Of a DNA stretch of 64,000 nucleotides, positions 51,018 to 62,036 are shown piece after piece. The stretch's first letter is position 1. Every line of letters begins with the position of its first letter. The translations under genes were made by a program, and so were the position numbers. Below the pieces are notes generated by a model, which did no database searches, had not been told where the DNA came from, and saw only the letters and a list, made by a program, of their open reading frames with translations. Source of the DNA: an uncultured cyanobacterium (GTDB taxonomy: Bacteria; Cyanobacteriota; Cyanobacteriia; Cyanobacteriales; Nostocaceae). The stretch lies in the NCBI GenBank assembly GCA_963706595.1, contig OY970166.1, forward strand, positions 1,344,001 through 1,408,000, in the 5' to 3' direction.

Positions 51018-51263
51018 ATGAGTGTGAATACGGTGCCTTCTATCAATTACTACTCTTACTATTCTTTGGATGTAATCCAAGATGAAGCACGCCATCTGGT
51101 GGAAAGGGGAATGGTAAGTCGGCAACAGCCAATATATACTCTGTGCCAATACATCCCAGCCAGAGAGTGGGTTTGTGTGGAGTGTGAGTTAGAAAAATGT
51201 GACTTTTTACTCCGCGATCGCATTGGCGATTTGATTGGTCGGGAACAATGGGAAAATGACTAA
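51018..51263 (+). CDS. DUF4327 family protein
   Basis: YSLDVIQDEARHLV...RQQPIYTLC..IPAREW...E.WEND. Confidence 0.9.
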   Translation: MSVNTVPSINYYSYYSLDVIQDEARHLVERGMVSRQQPIYTLCQYIPAREWVCVECELEKCDFLLRDRIGDLIGREQWEND

Positions 51264-51518
51264 TTAGGATGTGATTCAGATTTTGGATTGGGAGTTTATT
51301 TTGGATGTCTATAATTTGACAGCAAGCAACTAAATGCTTGATTCGAGGGCTAATCTCTAGTTTTGATATATATTTCCCCATCCAGAATCTTAGTTTTTCC
51401 GTTAACGCAGAAGCTTTAGAATCTGAACTTATAGAATTTTTCAAGTTACGAATGCGTTGAGGCAAGTATTTGTCTAGACTCGTAGTCATAACTTGAGTAA
51501 CTGAATATAGAGTTGCTG

Positions 51519-51552
51519 ATCGGGGTAGTTTAACATATTAAACTACCCCGAT
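51519..51552. terminator. Perfect 15-bp hairpin, bidirectional terminator
   Basis: ATCGGGGTAGTTTAA-CATA-TTAAACTACCCCGAT between convergent genes. Confidence 0.8.
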
Positions 51553-51559
51553 AATTTTT

Positions 51560-51913
51560 TTATCCTACTTGTTCTAAGTATTGGTTAACGTCTTCAATAA
51601 TTCGCGTCAGTTCAGCTTCTGTGGTTAAGCGAATATTGAGATCGCGAACAGTCAGCAGGACTTTAGCAGCAAAGGGAGTAGGCCAAATATTAGGATTACA
51701 AAAAACTTCTAAAAATACATCACCAGTGTAGCGATACTCCACGGGAGGCTGAGGAGTCACTTTACCGCCGCCGGGAGTGGGTTTAGCGGCGACAACTTTC
51801 AAGCGTTCCATTAATTGATCTGTTGCTGCTTTTAATTCCTGTGCTGCTTGGGGTGAAAAACTGAAGGAGACAGAACCTTCAATCAGATTCAGTGTCAGAG
51901 GAGTTGAAGACAT
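51560..51913 (-). CDS. Conserved cyanobacterial hypothetical protein
   Basis: LEVFCNPNIWPTPFAAKVL motif. Confidence 0.85.
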   Translation of the reverse strand: MSSTPLTLNLIEGSVSFSFSPQAAQELKAATDQLMERLKVVAAKPTPGGGKVTPQPPVEYRYTGDVFLEVFCNPNIWPTPFAAKVLLTVRDLNIRLTTEAELTRIIEDVNQYLEQVG

Positions 51914-52369
51914 GAGTTATTTATAAAAACTGATTGATAATTACCTATTTTACCGGAATAGGTGATCTGATATCTGACTACATCTGAGGCAGTAATTTAA
52001 TTGTGGTGTTTGGCGCGGAGTTTTTCCCAGCCATGCAGCAAATTTTAACATCGTGGTTGAAAAAAATTGCTCCCGAAAATTACTCCTATTAATGATAATA
52101 ATCGGCTGTTATTTAGTATAGCGATCGCTGACCTTTATAGCAATCCTCCATAAGTTAAGAACCGAAATATCCCCGACTTCTTCAAGAAGTTGGAGATTTG
52201 AGCCTTTGGGTGTTTGCCGCAAATTTTAGTTATAAAAATTCTCACTAAAACCAGAAAAAATTAGAGGCTATAGAGAGATATAATCCTGACTGCGTAAGAC
52301 TTTGACACACTTAATCTGAGTTTTAACTTTTACATTAGAAGTCATACAAATAAATGTTAAATATACTCT

Positions 52370-53257
52370 ATGACTTACGATAACCGCTCCGAAGTACGCA
52401 AAGTTTTAATTATCACCCTATTGCTTAACCTGTTGGTGATTGGATTGAAAGGATTTTTGGGCTATATGACAGGTTCTTTAAGCTTGTTAGCTGATGCCTT
52501 GCATAGTGTGACCGATGGTGCAAACAATATTTTAGGATTAATCGCTAGTAAATATTCTGCCCCCCAACCAGATATGGAACATCCTTACGGACACCAGAAA
52601 TTTGAAGGTGTGGGGGCTTTAGGAATTGCGGCTTTTTTAGCCATAGCCTGTTGGCAAATTCTCCAAGGTGCTGTGGAGAGGATAATTCAGGGTAGTGAAC
52701 CTGTGAATATTTCCCCGGTGGAGTTGTGGTTATTGCTAATTGTGCTGGGTATCAATATTTTTGTGGCATTTTATGAACGTGGTGTAGGTAAGCGCGTCGG
52801 TAGCCCAATTTTGATTGCTGATGCTGCACATACCATGAGCGATGTTTGGGTGACTATAACTGTAATTGGGGGTTTGATTGGGGTTTGGCTAGGTTATCAA
52901 TGGCTGGATGTGGTGTTAGCTTTTCCTGTGGCTTTGTTAGTCTTTTGGACTGGTTTCTCAGTGCTAAAAACCAATTTACCTTGGCTGGTAGATCAAATGG
53001 CGATCGCACCAGAAAAAATTCATGCAATTGTGACTGCTGTTCCAGGAGTGATTAATTGTCATGACATCGCCTCACGGGGTGTTCTTGGTCGCCAAGTGTT
53101 CATGGAAATGCACTTAATCGTCGATGCACCAGATGTAGAAACTGCCCACCGCATTACCGAAGCAGTAGAAAGGCGACTAGAAGAACGTTTCAGTCCCGTG
53201 AGAATTTTAATTCATATCGAGCCACCAACATACCAATCTGAGCAAATTAGCTTTTAA
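52370..53257 (+). CDS. Cation diffusion facilitator (FieF-like) transporter
   Basis: ADALHSVTD, HPYGHQKFE, ADAAHTMSD and IHIEP. Confidence 0.95.
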   Translation: MTYDNRSEVRKVLIITLLLNLLVIGLKGFLGYMTGSLSLLADALHSVTDGANNILGLIASKYSAPQPDMEHPYGHQKFEGVGALGIAAFLAIACWQILQGAVERIIQGSEPVNISPVELWLLLIVLGINIFVAFYERGVGKRVGSPILIADAAHTMSDVWVTITVIGGLIGVWLGYQWLDVVLAFPVALLVFWTGFSVLKTNLPWLVDQMAIAPEKIHAIVTAVPGVINCHDIASRGVLGRQVFMEMHLIVDAPDVETAHRITEAVERRLEERFSPVRILIHIEPPTYQSEQISF

Positions 53258-53681
53258 AAAGGTGATTTCCATGGTCAAAATTCATCAAATTGGCGATTGT
53301 GATCACTAATGCTTCGGGATCAACTGGTTTAGCCAGATGAATCTCAAACCCAGCCTCCAAAGCCCGGATACGATCCTCCGGGTCAGCATAAGCAGTTAAA
53401 GCCACTGCGGGGACTTGTCCACCTCTATCTTTTGCTAACTTCCGGACTTTGCGGATGAAGCTGTAACCATCTTCCCCAGGCATAGCAATATCACAGATAA
53501 AGACATCAGGCTGCAACTGGGGTAAAATTTCCAGTGCGGCGGCGGCTGAATCAACTGTTGTCACATTGGCACCATCTGCTGCCAACACAGTAGTAATATA
53601 AAAGCGGCTATCCTCATCATCATCCACTACAAGAATCCTGAAGCCAGCAAGAGCCAGAGGAGCTTGGATAATTTCTTTCAT
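53247..53681 (-). CDS. Single-domain response regulator
   Basis: ILVVDDD, DIAMPGEDGY, ALTAYA and HLAKP; start taken at MKEIIQ. Confidence 0.9.
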   Translation of the reverse strand: MKEIIQAPLALAGFRILVVDDDEDSRFYITTVLAADGANVTTVDSAAAALEILPQLQPDVFICDIAMPGEDGYSFIRKVRKLAKDRGGQVPAVALTAYADPEDRIRALEAGFEIHLAKPVDPEALVITIANLMNFDHGNHLFKS

Positions 53682-54161
53682 TAGTGTTGGCAAAGTAATA
53701 ATTACTTGTAACTGATTGCTTGTGTTTTTTCTACACACCATGCCCTTGGCAATTTTACTGCGATCGCGCCAAACAATTTTAGATTTAGGATTGAGGATTG
53801 GGGATGGAATCAAGTCGGTCAAGCAATTTTGCTCAAATTTTTTAGTCACCCATGATACAGAGAGTTGTAAATCTCCATGTTTATTATCAAAACGTAATAT
53901 TAATTAATAGTATGTAAATTTTATTTACACTATGGTAAATAGGGATTTACGCGAAAATACAGCAATTTTAAATGAATTGTGAACTGCTCCTGCCGACAAT
54001 CATAAGTCGTTGGTATGAATCAAATTAATTATGCCTGTACTGTAGTTATCCTGGGAATGAGGACTATTTAACCATTAAGGTGTTTGCAGAATTTCACCAG
54101 ATTGCTACCTCACAATATTCGAGGATGTCTCCAGACAACTTGTCATCACCAGGACTTAAAC

Positions 54162-56420
54162 GTGAGTAATAATGATATTACCATCCCTTTCCCAGTTGAC
54201 CTCAGCAACTGTAACAAAGAGCCAATTCATATTCCTGGCTCTATTCAGCCTCATGGAGTTCTTTTTGCCTTAAAAGAGCCAGATTTAACTATCTTGCAGG
54301 TCAGTGATAATGCCTTCGATTTATTTGGTTTGTCACCCCAAGAATTACTCAATCAAAATTTAGCTAATTTTCTGGAATTAGCGCAAATTAATTTAATCAA
54401 AGATTCTTTAAATCAAGAGGATTTATTAATTTGTAATCCCATCGAATTGACCATAAATTTAGACAATAAACTTGTGAATTTTGATGGTATTCTTCACCGT
54501 TCTCATGAAACTTTAATTTTAGAATTAGAACCTACAACTTTAGAAAAAGGCAATACTTTTTTTGATTTTTACTATTTAGTAAAAGTAGCAATGTCGAAGC
54601 TACAATCTGCATCTAGTTTAGCGGAAATTAGCGAAATTATTGTCAAAGAAGTTAAGAAAATTACTGGTTTTGATAGAGTCATGCTCTATCGATTTGATGA
54701 AAATTGGCATGGTACAGTTATTGCTGAAGAAAAACCCGAATATCTGACACCTTATTTAGGGTTACGTTATCCGGCTTCAGATATTCCCACACAAGCGAGA
54801 AAACTCTACAGCCAAAATTGGTTGAGACTGATACCAAATATCTACTATCAACCTGTGGCCATTGTGCCAACCAATAATCCTTTGACTGATGAACCTTTAG
54901 ATTTAAGCCGCGCCGTGTTACGAAGTGTCTCGCCTGTACACGTTGAGTATATGCACAATATGGGCGTGACTGCATCCATGTCAATTTCCATTATTAAAGA
55001 TGGAAATCTGTGGGGACTAATTGCCTGTCATCATCAATCACCTAAATATATTCCCTATCAAGTTCGTAACGCCTGTGAATTTTTAGGGCAAATGACATCT
55101 TTAGAAATAGCGGCTAAAGAAGATAGTGAAGATGTGGAATCTAAGATGCAGGTGAAATCTTGCCATTCCAAGTTAGTGGAATATATGTCATTAGAAAGTA
55201 ACTTCATTGACGGTTTAATTAACAATCAACCAAATCTCCTAAATCTCGTGAATGCTCAAGGAGCAGCCGTGTGTTATCATGGCAACTATTTCACAGTGGG
55301 TAAAACTCCTAAACAGCAAGATATTCAAGATTTAGTGGAATGGATGCATCAAAACCAGAAAGAGGAAATTTTCTACACTGATTCCCTTTCTCAAGTTTAT
55401 CCACAGGCAGAAAAATTGCGGGATTTTGCTAGCGGTTTGATGGCGCTTTCCATTTCCAAAAGTCAAAAAAACTATGTTTTGTGGTTTCGCCCAGAGGTAG
55501 TGCAAACTGTAGATTGGGGTGGTAATCCAAATAAACCTGTAGAGGTAAAGCAAAATGGCAGTATCCGCCTATCACCCCGCAAATCCTTTGAATTATGGCA
55601 AGAAACTGTACTATTGAAATCGCTTTCCTGGAAATCTTATGAAGTCAATGCAGCGCTAGAGTTGAGGAATGCAATTATTGGCATGGTGTTGCGAAAAGCA
55701 GACGAACTCGCACAGTTGAATATTGAACTAGAACGTAGTAATAACGAATTAGATGCCTTTGCCTATATTGCTTCTCATGATTTAAAAGAACCACTGCGTG
55801 GTATTCACAATTACTCTAACTTCCTGATGGAAGATTACGGTGAAACCATCAACGAAGAAGGAAAGAACAAATTAAAAACATTGATTCGTCTGACCCAACG
55901 CATGGAGGATTTAATCGATTCGCTGCTGCATTTTTCTCGCTTGGGGAGAGTAGACCTTTCCATGCAGGAAACCGACCTAAATAGTATAGTAAATCGCAGT
56001 TTAGACTTATTGAGCGCCCGCATTGAGGAGATGCAGGTAGATATTCAAATTCCCCGACCTCTACCAATAATATATTGCGATCGCGTCCAAGTAGGCGAAG
56101 TATTTAATAATTTAATTGCTAACGCCATTAAATACAATGATCAAGCCGAAAAAATCATTGAAATTGGTTATATAGAGGAACCACCATTACCAATTACATT
56201 CTACGTACGAGATAATGGTATCGGTATTCGAGATAAACACTTTGAGGCAATTTTTCGGATTTTCAAAAGACTGCACGGACCAAGTAAGTATGGTGGAGGG
56301 ACTGGGGCGGGGTTAACTATCGCCAAAAAAATCGTAGAACGTCACGGTGGTAAAATTTGGGTCGATTCCACCTACGATCAAGGCAGTACCTTTTATTTTA
56401 CATTACAGGGAGTTGACTAA
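54162..56420 (+). CDS. aphB: Bacteriophytochrome-type histidine kinase (AphB/CphB)
   Basis: N-terminal Cys ([13 protein letters not shown]), PASDIP, SPVHVEY without the GAF Cys, PRKSF tongue, SHDLKEP kinase. Confidence 0.9.
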   Translation: MSNNDITIPFPVDLSNCNKEPIHIPGSIQPHGVLFALKEPDLTILQVSDNAFDLFGLSPQELLNQNLANFLELAQINLIKDSLNQEDLLICNPIELTINLDNKLVNFDGILHRSHETLILELEPTTLEKGNTFFDFYYLVKVAMSKLQSASSLAEISEIIVKEVKKITGFDRVMLYRFDENWHGTVIAEEKPEYLTPYLGLRYPASDIPTQARKLYSQNWLRLIPNIYYQPVAIVPTNNPLTDEPLDLSRAVLRSVSPVHVEYMHNMGVTASMSISIIKDGNLWGLIACHHQSPKYIPYQVRNACEFLGQMTSLEIAAKEDSEDVESKMQVKSCHSKLVEYMSLESNFIDGLINNQPNLLNLVNAQGAAVCYHGNYFTVGKTPKQQDIQDLVEWMHQNQKEEIFYTDSLSQVYPQAEKLRDFASGLMALSISKSQKNYVLWFRPEVVQTVDWGGNPNKPVEVKQNGSIRLSPRKSFELWQETVLLKSLSWKSYEVNAALELRNAIIGMVLRKADELAQLNIELERSNNELDAFAYIASHDLKEPLRGIHNYSNFLMEDYGETINEEGKNKLKTLIRLTQRMEDLIDSLLHFSRLGRVDLSMQETDLNSIVNRSLDLLSARIEEMQVDIQIPRPLPIIYCDRVQVGEVFNNLIANAIKYNDQAEKIIEIGYIEEPPLPITFYVRDNGIGIRDKHFEAIFRIFKRLHGPSKYGGGTGAGLTIAKKIVERHGGKIWVDSTYDQGSTFYFTLQGVD

Positions 56421-56424
56421 ACCC

Positions 56425-56880
56425 ATGATTGGTAATTTTGCCAGACCTCTATTAGTAGTTGAAGATAGCGACGAAGACTTTGAAGCCTTGAGTCGAATCA
56501 TGAAAAAACAATCTGTGGTCAATCCTGTTTTTCGCTGTAGCGATGGCGATGAAGCACTAGACTTTCTTTACCACACCGGGACTTACAAAAATTGCCGAAA
56601 ATTTCCTCGTCCAGCGCTGATTTTACTCGACCTCAATTTACCGGGAACTGATGGGCGAGAAGTTTTAGAGCAAATCAAGCAGGATGAAAAGCTCAGATAT
56701 ATTCCTGTCGTTGTCTTTACCACGTCATCTAATCCTAAAGATATAGAAATATGTTACAAATATTGCGTTGCTAGTTATATGTTGAAACCAATTGATATTA
56801 ATAGATTGGTGGAAACTATTCAAACTTTCATCACTTATTGGTTAGATATCGTAATCCTCCCTGATGCTGTTAACAATTAG
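56425..56880 (+). CDS. rcpB: Phytochrome-associated response regulator (Rcp type)
   Basis: [22 protein letters not shown] and C-terminal TYWL..V.LP. Confidence 0.88.
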   Translation: MIGNFARPLLVVEDSDEDFEALSRIMKKQSVVNPVFRCSDGDEALDFLYHTGTYKNCRKFPRPALILLDLNLPGTDGREVLEQIKQDEKLRYIPVVVFTTSSNPKDIEICYKYCVASYMLKPIDINRLVETIQTFITYWLDIVILPDAVNN

Positions 56881-56882
56881 TT

Positions 56883-59573
56883 ATGGCGCAACCGCTAACT
56901 GTTTTAATTGTCGATGATTCTCCTGAAGACCGCCAGGTTTATCGTCGTTATCTGCTGCAAGACCAGGAATACAGTTACACAATTCTCGAAGAAGAATCAG
57001 GAGAAGGAGCGTTGGCATTATGCCAGCAGTTTCAGCCTGATGCGATTTTATTAGACTTCTTGCTGCCAGACTTGGATGGTTTGGAATTTTTGGCGGAATT
57101 AAAACAGCAATCCCCGAAAGCCATACCAGCAGTAATAATGTTAACTGGTTATGGTAACGAAGCTGTGGCTGTACAGGCCATGAAAAGCGGTGTCCAAGAC
57201 TATTTAGTTAAAGGACAAACAACTGGCGAGTATTTGCGCTCAACTATTCACTCGGCAATTAAAAATGCTCAACTAAGTCAAGAGTTGCAACGCAGTGAGG
57301 AACGTTTCCGCACCTCCGTGGAGAATATGCTTGATTGTTTTGGCATTTTTTCGGCTGTGCGCCATGAGACGGGCGAAATCCTCCAGTTTCGGGTTGATTA
57401 TATGAACGCCGCAGCTTGTGAATTTAGCCAGATGAGTTCAGGAGAACAGGGCGAATATCTGGGTAAAATTATCTTAAATATGCGCGAAAATGGCTTGTTT
57501 GAAGAATGTTGTCAAGTGGTAAAAACGGGTCAGCCTTTAGTTAAAGAATCACTCGTTTATACTGCTTTAAATAGTCAACAGCAATCAACCAGAATTATTG
57601 ATATTCGCATCACCAAAATGGGGGATGGCTTCGTCGCAGCTTGGCGAGATGTCACTGAAAAAAAATGGGCAGAAGCAAAATTAAGAGAGAGTCAGCAGTT
57701 CATTGAACGCATTGCCGATACCACACCAGGAATTTTGTATGTTTATGATTTGATGGAACAGCAGAATGTCTATACTAATAGTCAAGTTATTAACCTTCTG
57801 GGTTATACTGTCCAACAAATTCAAGCTATGGATTCTGAGTTCCTATCATCTTTAATGCATCCTGAAGATTGGAGGCGATTTTTTGAACATCTGCAACTCA
57901 TTAACGCATCTGAGAATGGTGACATTTTGGAATTTGAATATCGGATGCGACACGCCAATGGGGAATGGCTGTGGTTTTTTAGTCGGGATACTGTATTCAA
58001 CAGAAATGTTGACGGTTCGCCACGTCAAATTGTGGGTACAGCTTTTGATATTACTGCGCGGAAGCAAGCAGAAGAACAGCTACGTTTAAGTAATGAGCGT
58101 TTTCAACTAGCAGCAGCAGCAGTTAATTGTCTAATTTATGATCGGGATTTGAAAAAGAATACGGTGAGCAGAACTGAGGGGTTAACCCGGATTTTGGGCT
58201 ATTCCTTAGAAGAAACCGAACCCAGCGCTGAGTGGTGGATAGAGAAGGTTCATCCCGAACATAGAGAGCTTCTGCTCAATCAATTGATGGATTTTTGTAC
58301 CCGTGAAAATTACTATGCTATTGAGTATAGGATGCGTCATCAAGACCAACAGTATCGATATGTCTTAGATCAGGGAATTATTGTCCGAGATCCTCATGGT
58401 CAGGTTGTGCGAACAGTGGGCAGTGTGACAGATATTAGCGAACGCAAACGGGCTGAAACAGCTTTGCGCGAAAGTGAGGAACGTTACCGTTATTTATCCA
58501 ATGCCATACCACAACTCGTCTGGATTTGCAATATTCATGGTGAATATGAGTATGTGAATCAGCGATGGTGTGACTTCACTGGGCAGAAGATTCAGGAGGC
58601 GATGGAGGTAGGCTGGACCAAAGTTATACATCCAGATGATATTCAAATAGCTATTCAAGCATGGATGAATGCCTTACAGACAGGAGAACCTTATGAACAG
58701 GAAATGCGCTACAAAAGGCTGGATGGTAGCTATGTTTGGCATTTAGCCAGGGGTGTGCCAATGAAGAATGACCAAGGAAAAATTATCAAGTGGTTTGGCA
58801 CAAGCACTGATATAGACCATCGCAAGCAATTGGAAGCGGAACGGGATCACCTGTTGCAGCTAGAACAAGCGGCGCGTGGTGCAGCCGAAAAAGCGAATCA
58901 AACTAAAGATGAGTTTGTAGCTATGGTATCTCATGACTTGCGATCGCCACTCAATGCCATTCTCGGTTGGGCAAAATTGCTGCGGACTCGGCAACTCGAT
59001 GCAGATACCGTTACCAATGCCTTAGAAACCATTGAACGCAATGCTCAATCTCAGGCAAAACTCTTAGAAGACTTGTTAAATATGTCACGCATTCTTCGGG
59101 GTCAGTTGCAGTTGGAAGTTCGCCCAGTGGAGTTGGTGAACATTGTCAAAGCATCTGTGGAGACTGCTTACCCGTCAGCTAATGCTAAGGACATTGATTT
59201 AGAATCGATCATTGATGAATCTATTCCCCCCATTGTCGGTGATACCAACCGTTTGCTGCAAGTTTTAGGTAATTTACTCTCCAACGCCATTAAGTTCACC
59301 CCATCCGGGGGAAGAGTGGAAGTGCAACTAGCAAAAAGTGATGATTCCCAAATCCTCATCCAAGTCAGTGACACAGGTCTGGGGATTCAACCGGAATTTC
59401 TGCCTCACGTATTTGAAAGATATCGTCAGGCCGATTGTAATTCCCAACACAGTGGCTTAGGTTTGGGTTTAGCGATCGCGCGTCATTTAGTACAATTACA
59501 CGGAGGTACTATTCAAGCACATAGCCAAGGCGAAGGGCTAGGGGCAACTTTTACCATCAAGTTACCTTTGTAG
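56883..59573 (+). CDS. REC-multi-PAS histidine kinase
   Basis: N-terminal receiver, several PAS/PAC repeats (HPED/HPDD), SHDLRSPL and NAIKFTP; ends right after the ATPase domain. Confidence 0.93.
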   Translation: MAQPLTVLIVDDSPEDRQVYRRYLLQDQEYSYTILEEESGEGALALCQQFQPDAILLDFLLPDLDGLEFLAELKQQSPKAIPAVIMLTGYGNEAVAVQAMKSGVQDYLVKGQTTGEYLRSTIHSAIKNAQLSQELQRSEERFRTSVENMLDCFGIFSAVRHETGEILQFRVDYMNAAACEFSQMSSGEQGEYLGKIILNMRENGLFEECCQVVKTGQPLVKESLVYTALNSQQQSTRIIDIRITKMGDGFVAAWRDVTEKKWAEAKLRESQQFIERIADTTPGILYVYDLMEQQNVYTNSQVINLLGYTVQQIQAMDSEFLSSLMHPEDWRRFFEHLQLINASENGDILEFEYRMRHANGEWLWFFSRDTVFNRNVDGSPRQIVGTAFDITARKQAEEQLRLSNERFQLAAAAVNCLIYDRDLKKNTVSRTEGLTRILGYSLEETEPSAEWWIEKVHPEHRELLLNQLMDFCTRENYYAIEYRMRHQDQQYRYVLDQGIIVRDPHGQVVRTVGSVTDISERKRAETALRESEERYRYLSNAIPQLVWICNIHGEYEYVNQRWCDFTGQKIQEAMEVGWTKVIHPDDIQIAIQAWMNALQTGEPYEQEMRYKRLDGSYVWHLARGVPMKNDQGKIIKWFGTSTDIDHRKQLEAERDHLLQLEQAARGAAEKANQTKDEFVAMVSHDLRSPLNAILGWAKLLRTRQLDADTVTNALETIERNAQSQAKLLEDLLNMSRILRGQLQLEVRPVELVNIVKASVETAYPSANAKDIDLESIIDESIPPIVGDTNRLLQVLGNLLSNAIKFTPSGGRVEVQLAKSDDSQILIQVSDTGLGIQPEFLPHVFERYRQADCNSQHSGLGLGLAIARHLVQLHGGTIQAHSQGEGLGATFTIKLPL

Positions 59574-59575
59574 GC

Positions 59576-59714
59576 GGGGAGTGGGGAGTGGGGAGTGGGG
59601 AGTGGGAAACAGAATTAAATATAAAATCTTGACGATATAGATCCCCGACTTCTTAGAGAAGTCGGGGATCTGGGTATTACGTTTTTTAAGTTTGAGCTAT
59701 AACTGATAACTGAT
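59576..59714. repeat. STRR (GGGGAGT)n, 61-bp palindromic unit and (TGATAAC)n
   Basis: The unit at 59613-59673 differs from 48124-48184 at 4 of 61 positions. Confidence 0.85.
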
Positions 59715-60923
59715 TTACTGACTGGGTATAGTGATAAAATCTTTTACTGAACCCAAAGAATAATCATTTAATTTAAAATCAGCAAAAGGTTTATTTTCTA
59801 ACCTATCCCGTAAAGCTTCATCGATAATTACATCTTCTGATTGTGGCTGCACACCAATAATAATTACACTTCTTTGATATCTAGTTAAATCCTGATTCTC
59901 TTGACAATTACTTCTTTGAAATTGCCCAAGATTTAATAAGCGATAGCCTTGCACACTGGGTGTATTACTAAATAAACTTTTGGCTAAATTTTGAACTTTT
60001 TGAGCGCGTTCTAAAGCTTTACGTTGTTGAACGGCTAGATTACCTCCACAAGCAGCGATCCCTACAGAAATAATTTCACTAGGTTCTGCCATTATTTGCT
60101 GAATACCGACCTGTTCTAATTTTAACTTTAAAACTTCAAGACTAATAATTTGATCATTATATTGAACTTGAAAATTACTCCCAGCCAGCCATTTATATTC
60201 AACTGATAAAACAGCGATATTAAATTTAGCAACTTTACCTTGACTATCCATTCCTTCCTCATAAGGAAAGTAATCGACTGTACCATTTCTTTCTGGTGAT
60301 TGTGCTGATGTTGCCAAAGTAGCAAACTTGGGTGAACGTGTGGCTAAAGCTGTTAAACTCAGTAAACCTAAAGAAACTAAGAAAGCTGTAAACAAAGCTA
60401 TTAAAGGCACTTTTTCGGAATGCTTTGCTGATGTTGGTAAAGTCATATTAGTTTTAGACCTAGTTACCACATTTTTAGGTATCAATTGTTTTAACCAGTT
60501 TACAGCTTGTGGTTGCGAAACGAATTTATGCTGCTGCTTTAGCCACGCATCCAAGTGAGGCTGGTCAATTTTTTCCATGACAATGCAGTGCAGAACCAAA
60601 CCATTTCTCGTTTGATACTGAAAATAACCTTCAAATCGGGGAATTTCGGGATGATTCAGATGTTCTAACAGTGATGCTTCTTGGCAAAACAGTTCTACTG
60701 CTTGCGCGTCCTTTGATAGCTCTTGATTGAGTACCTTGAGGATTTTTGGTATATTCTGTTCATCAGCTGCATAGACTTTGCTAAAACCAGTTGTATCACT
60801 CAACAAAGTTATCACCCGATAGCGTCCTAAGACTTCCAATGGAGAACCACAACTTGGACAAAAACGGTCTTGATGATCTGGGTGATGGGGTTGAGGACAA
60901 ACTGGATTAATACAAAGGCTCAT
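59715..60923 (-). CDS. 4-Cys zinc ribbon + truncated Ser/Thr kinase N-lobe + TM + extracytoplasmic domain
   Basis: CINPVC...CPSCG, ILKVL, FCQEA, LNHPEIP and IVMEKI; no HRD or DFG before the TM. Confidence 0.8.
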   Translation of the reverse strand: MSLCINPVCPQPHHPDHQDRFCPSCGSPLEVLGRYRVITLLSDTTGFSKVYAADEQNIPKILKVLNQELSKDAQAVELFCQEASLLEHLNHPEIPRFEGYFQYQTRNGLVLHCIVMEKIDQPHLDAWLKQQHKFVSQPQAVNWLKQLIPKNVVTRSKTNMTLPTSAKHSEKVPLIALFTAFLVSLGLLSLTALATRSPKFATLATSAQSPERNGTVDYFPYEEGMDSQGKVAKFNIAVLSVEYKWLAGSNFQVQYNDQIISLEVLKLKLEQVGIQQIMAEPSEIISVGIAACGGNLAVQQRKALERAQKVQNLAKSLFSNTPSVQGYRLLNLGQFQRSNCQENQDLTRYQRSVIIIGVQPQSEDVIIDEALRDRLENKPFADFKLNDYSLGSVKDFITIPSQ

Positions 60924-60952
60924 GATTAAATGAAGTCAAAGTCAGACTGGTT

Positions 60953-61795
60953 TTATTTACATTCTGCTAAGAATGCTGCTACAGTCCGGTTAAATGCTTC
61001 AGGTTGAGTTAAAAATGGCCAATGATTCCCTGGAACTTGGCATAAACGGAAATTGTTCAAGTTGGTTTTGTAAGGTTTGATTTGCCAATTTTGACGGTTC
61101 AGACCTTTTTCTGGTTGTACGAACAGCGCCGGGGTATCCACAGGGTGAATAAAACCCGGTACACACATCACGTCTTCAAAAATGCGATCGCGCGCTGCTA
61201 TAGTAAATTTACTACCCCAACTCCCATCAAGTTTTTCCTCTATTCCCGCTTGAAATACTTGTTGTTGTAAAGTAGTCCAGCCCTCATATTGCTTTAACTG
61301 ACGCGCTTGGGCTTCGGCTTCTGCGTAACTAGCAAAAGGCCCCATACCTTTGAGGAAAGATAAGTAACGATATAACAGAGGGAAAGTTAACCGCAATAAA
61401 CTGGGCATTTTCCAGATAAAAATTGGGTCAACCAGAATCATACTGCGTAAACGGGCGGGATTTTTTCTCGCCCAGATAGCGGCTAGTTTCCCCGTCCAGG
61501 AGTGACTGACAACGTGTGCAGAAGACCATCCCAGACGATCCATGAGAGCTTCCAGGTCAGCGATCGCACTTTCAAAGGTATAATCATCTTCAGGCTTACT
61601 ACTTTCACCATGACCACGCATATCAGGCGCAACGATGTGATAATCTGCCGCTAGGTCATCTGCCAAACTAGACCAAACCACGGCGTTATCAGCTAAACCG
61701 TGTAACAGCAGTAAAGGTTCATCACCTTGTTTCCACTCTAAATAAGAAAGTTCGATATCAGGATTCGATAACGTTTGACGTAAAGGCATCGTCAT
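60953..61795 (-). CDS. Alpha/beta-fold hydrolase
   Basis: LLLHGL, DMRGHGES, SHSWTG and GNHWPF. Confidence 0.92.
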   Translation of the reverse strand: MTMPLRQTLSNPDIELSYLEWKQGDEPLLLLHGLADNAVVWSSLADDLAADYHIVAPDMRGHGESSKPEDDYTFESAIADLEALMDRLGWSSAHVVSHSWTGKLAAIWARKNPARLRSMILVDPIFIWKMPSLLRLTFPLLYRYLSFLKGMGPFASYAEAEAQARQLKQYEGWTTLQQQVFQAGIEEKLDGSWGSKFTIAARDRIFEDVMCVPGFIHPVDTPALFVQPEKGLNRQNWQIKPYKTNLNNFRLCQVPGNHWPFLTQPEAFNRTVAAFLAECK

Positions 61796-61838
61796 ACAAT
61801 TTTGGATTTTAGATTTCGGATTTTGGATTGACTGCGAC

Positions 61839-61944
61839 TATAGCAATTCCCATTCAAGTGAGGTAAAAGCAGTAATAATTAAACGCAGATGGACGCAGAT
61901 AAACGCAGATAATTCTGTACTTTATCATACTAGGAAATGCTATA
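61839..61944. mobile_element. MITE with TATAGCA-type ends (IS630-like)
   Basis: TATAGCAATTCC / GGAAATGCTATA; internal 10-mer ACGCAGAT repeats. Confidence 0.7.
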
Positions 61945-61949
61945 AAGTC

Positions 61950-62015
61950 GCCCAGTCCGGTTTCCTTTCAGGGTTTCTAACCCTGAGTTTCCAACATCCC
62001 GCGAGGTTAATATGA
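61950..62015 (-). mobile_element. Isolated IS200/IS605 left-end-like remnant
   Basis: Minus strand TCAT-ATTAACCTC-GCGGGATGTTGGAAACTCAGGGTTAGAAACCCTGAAAGGAAAC parallels the left end at 633-695. Confidence 0.5.
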
Positions 62016-62036
62016 TTAGGAAATTTTAACACAAAT

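Noticed and set aside
51043..51489. 148-aa minus-strand ORF
   Set aside because: It overlaps the DUF4327 gene antisense and has no motifs.
53682..53849. N-terminal extension of the response regulator in the ORF track
   Set aside because: It includes repeat-derived sequence (PILNPKSKI); the real start is more likely 53681.
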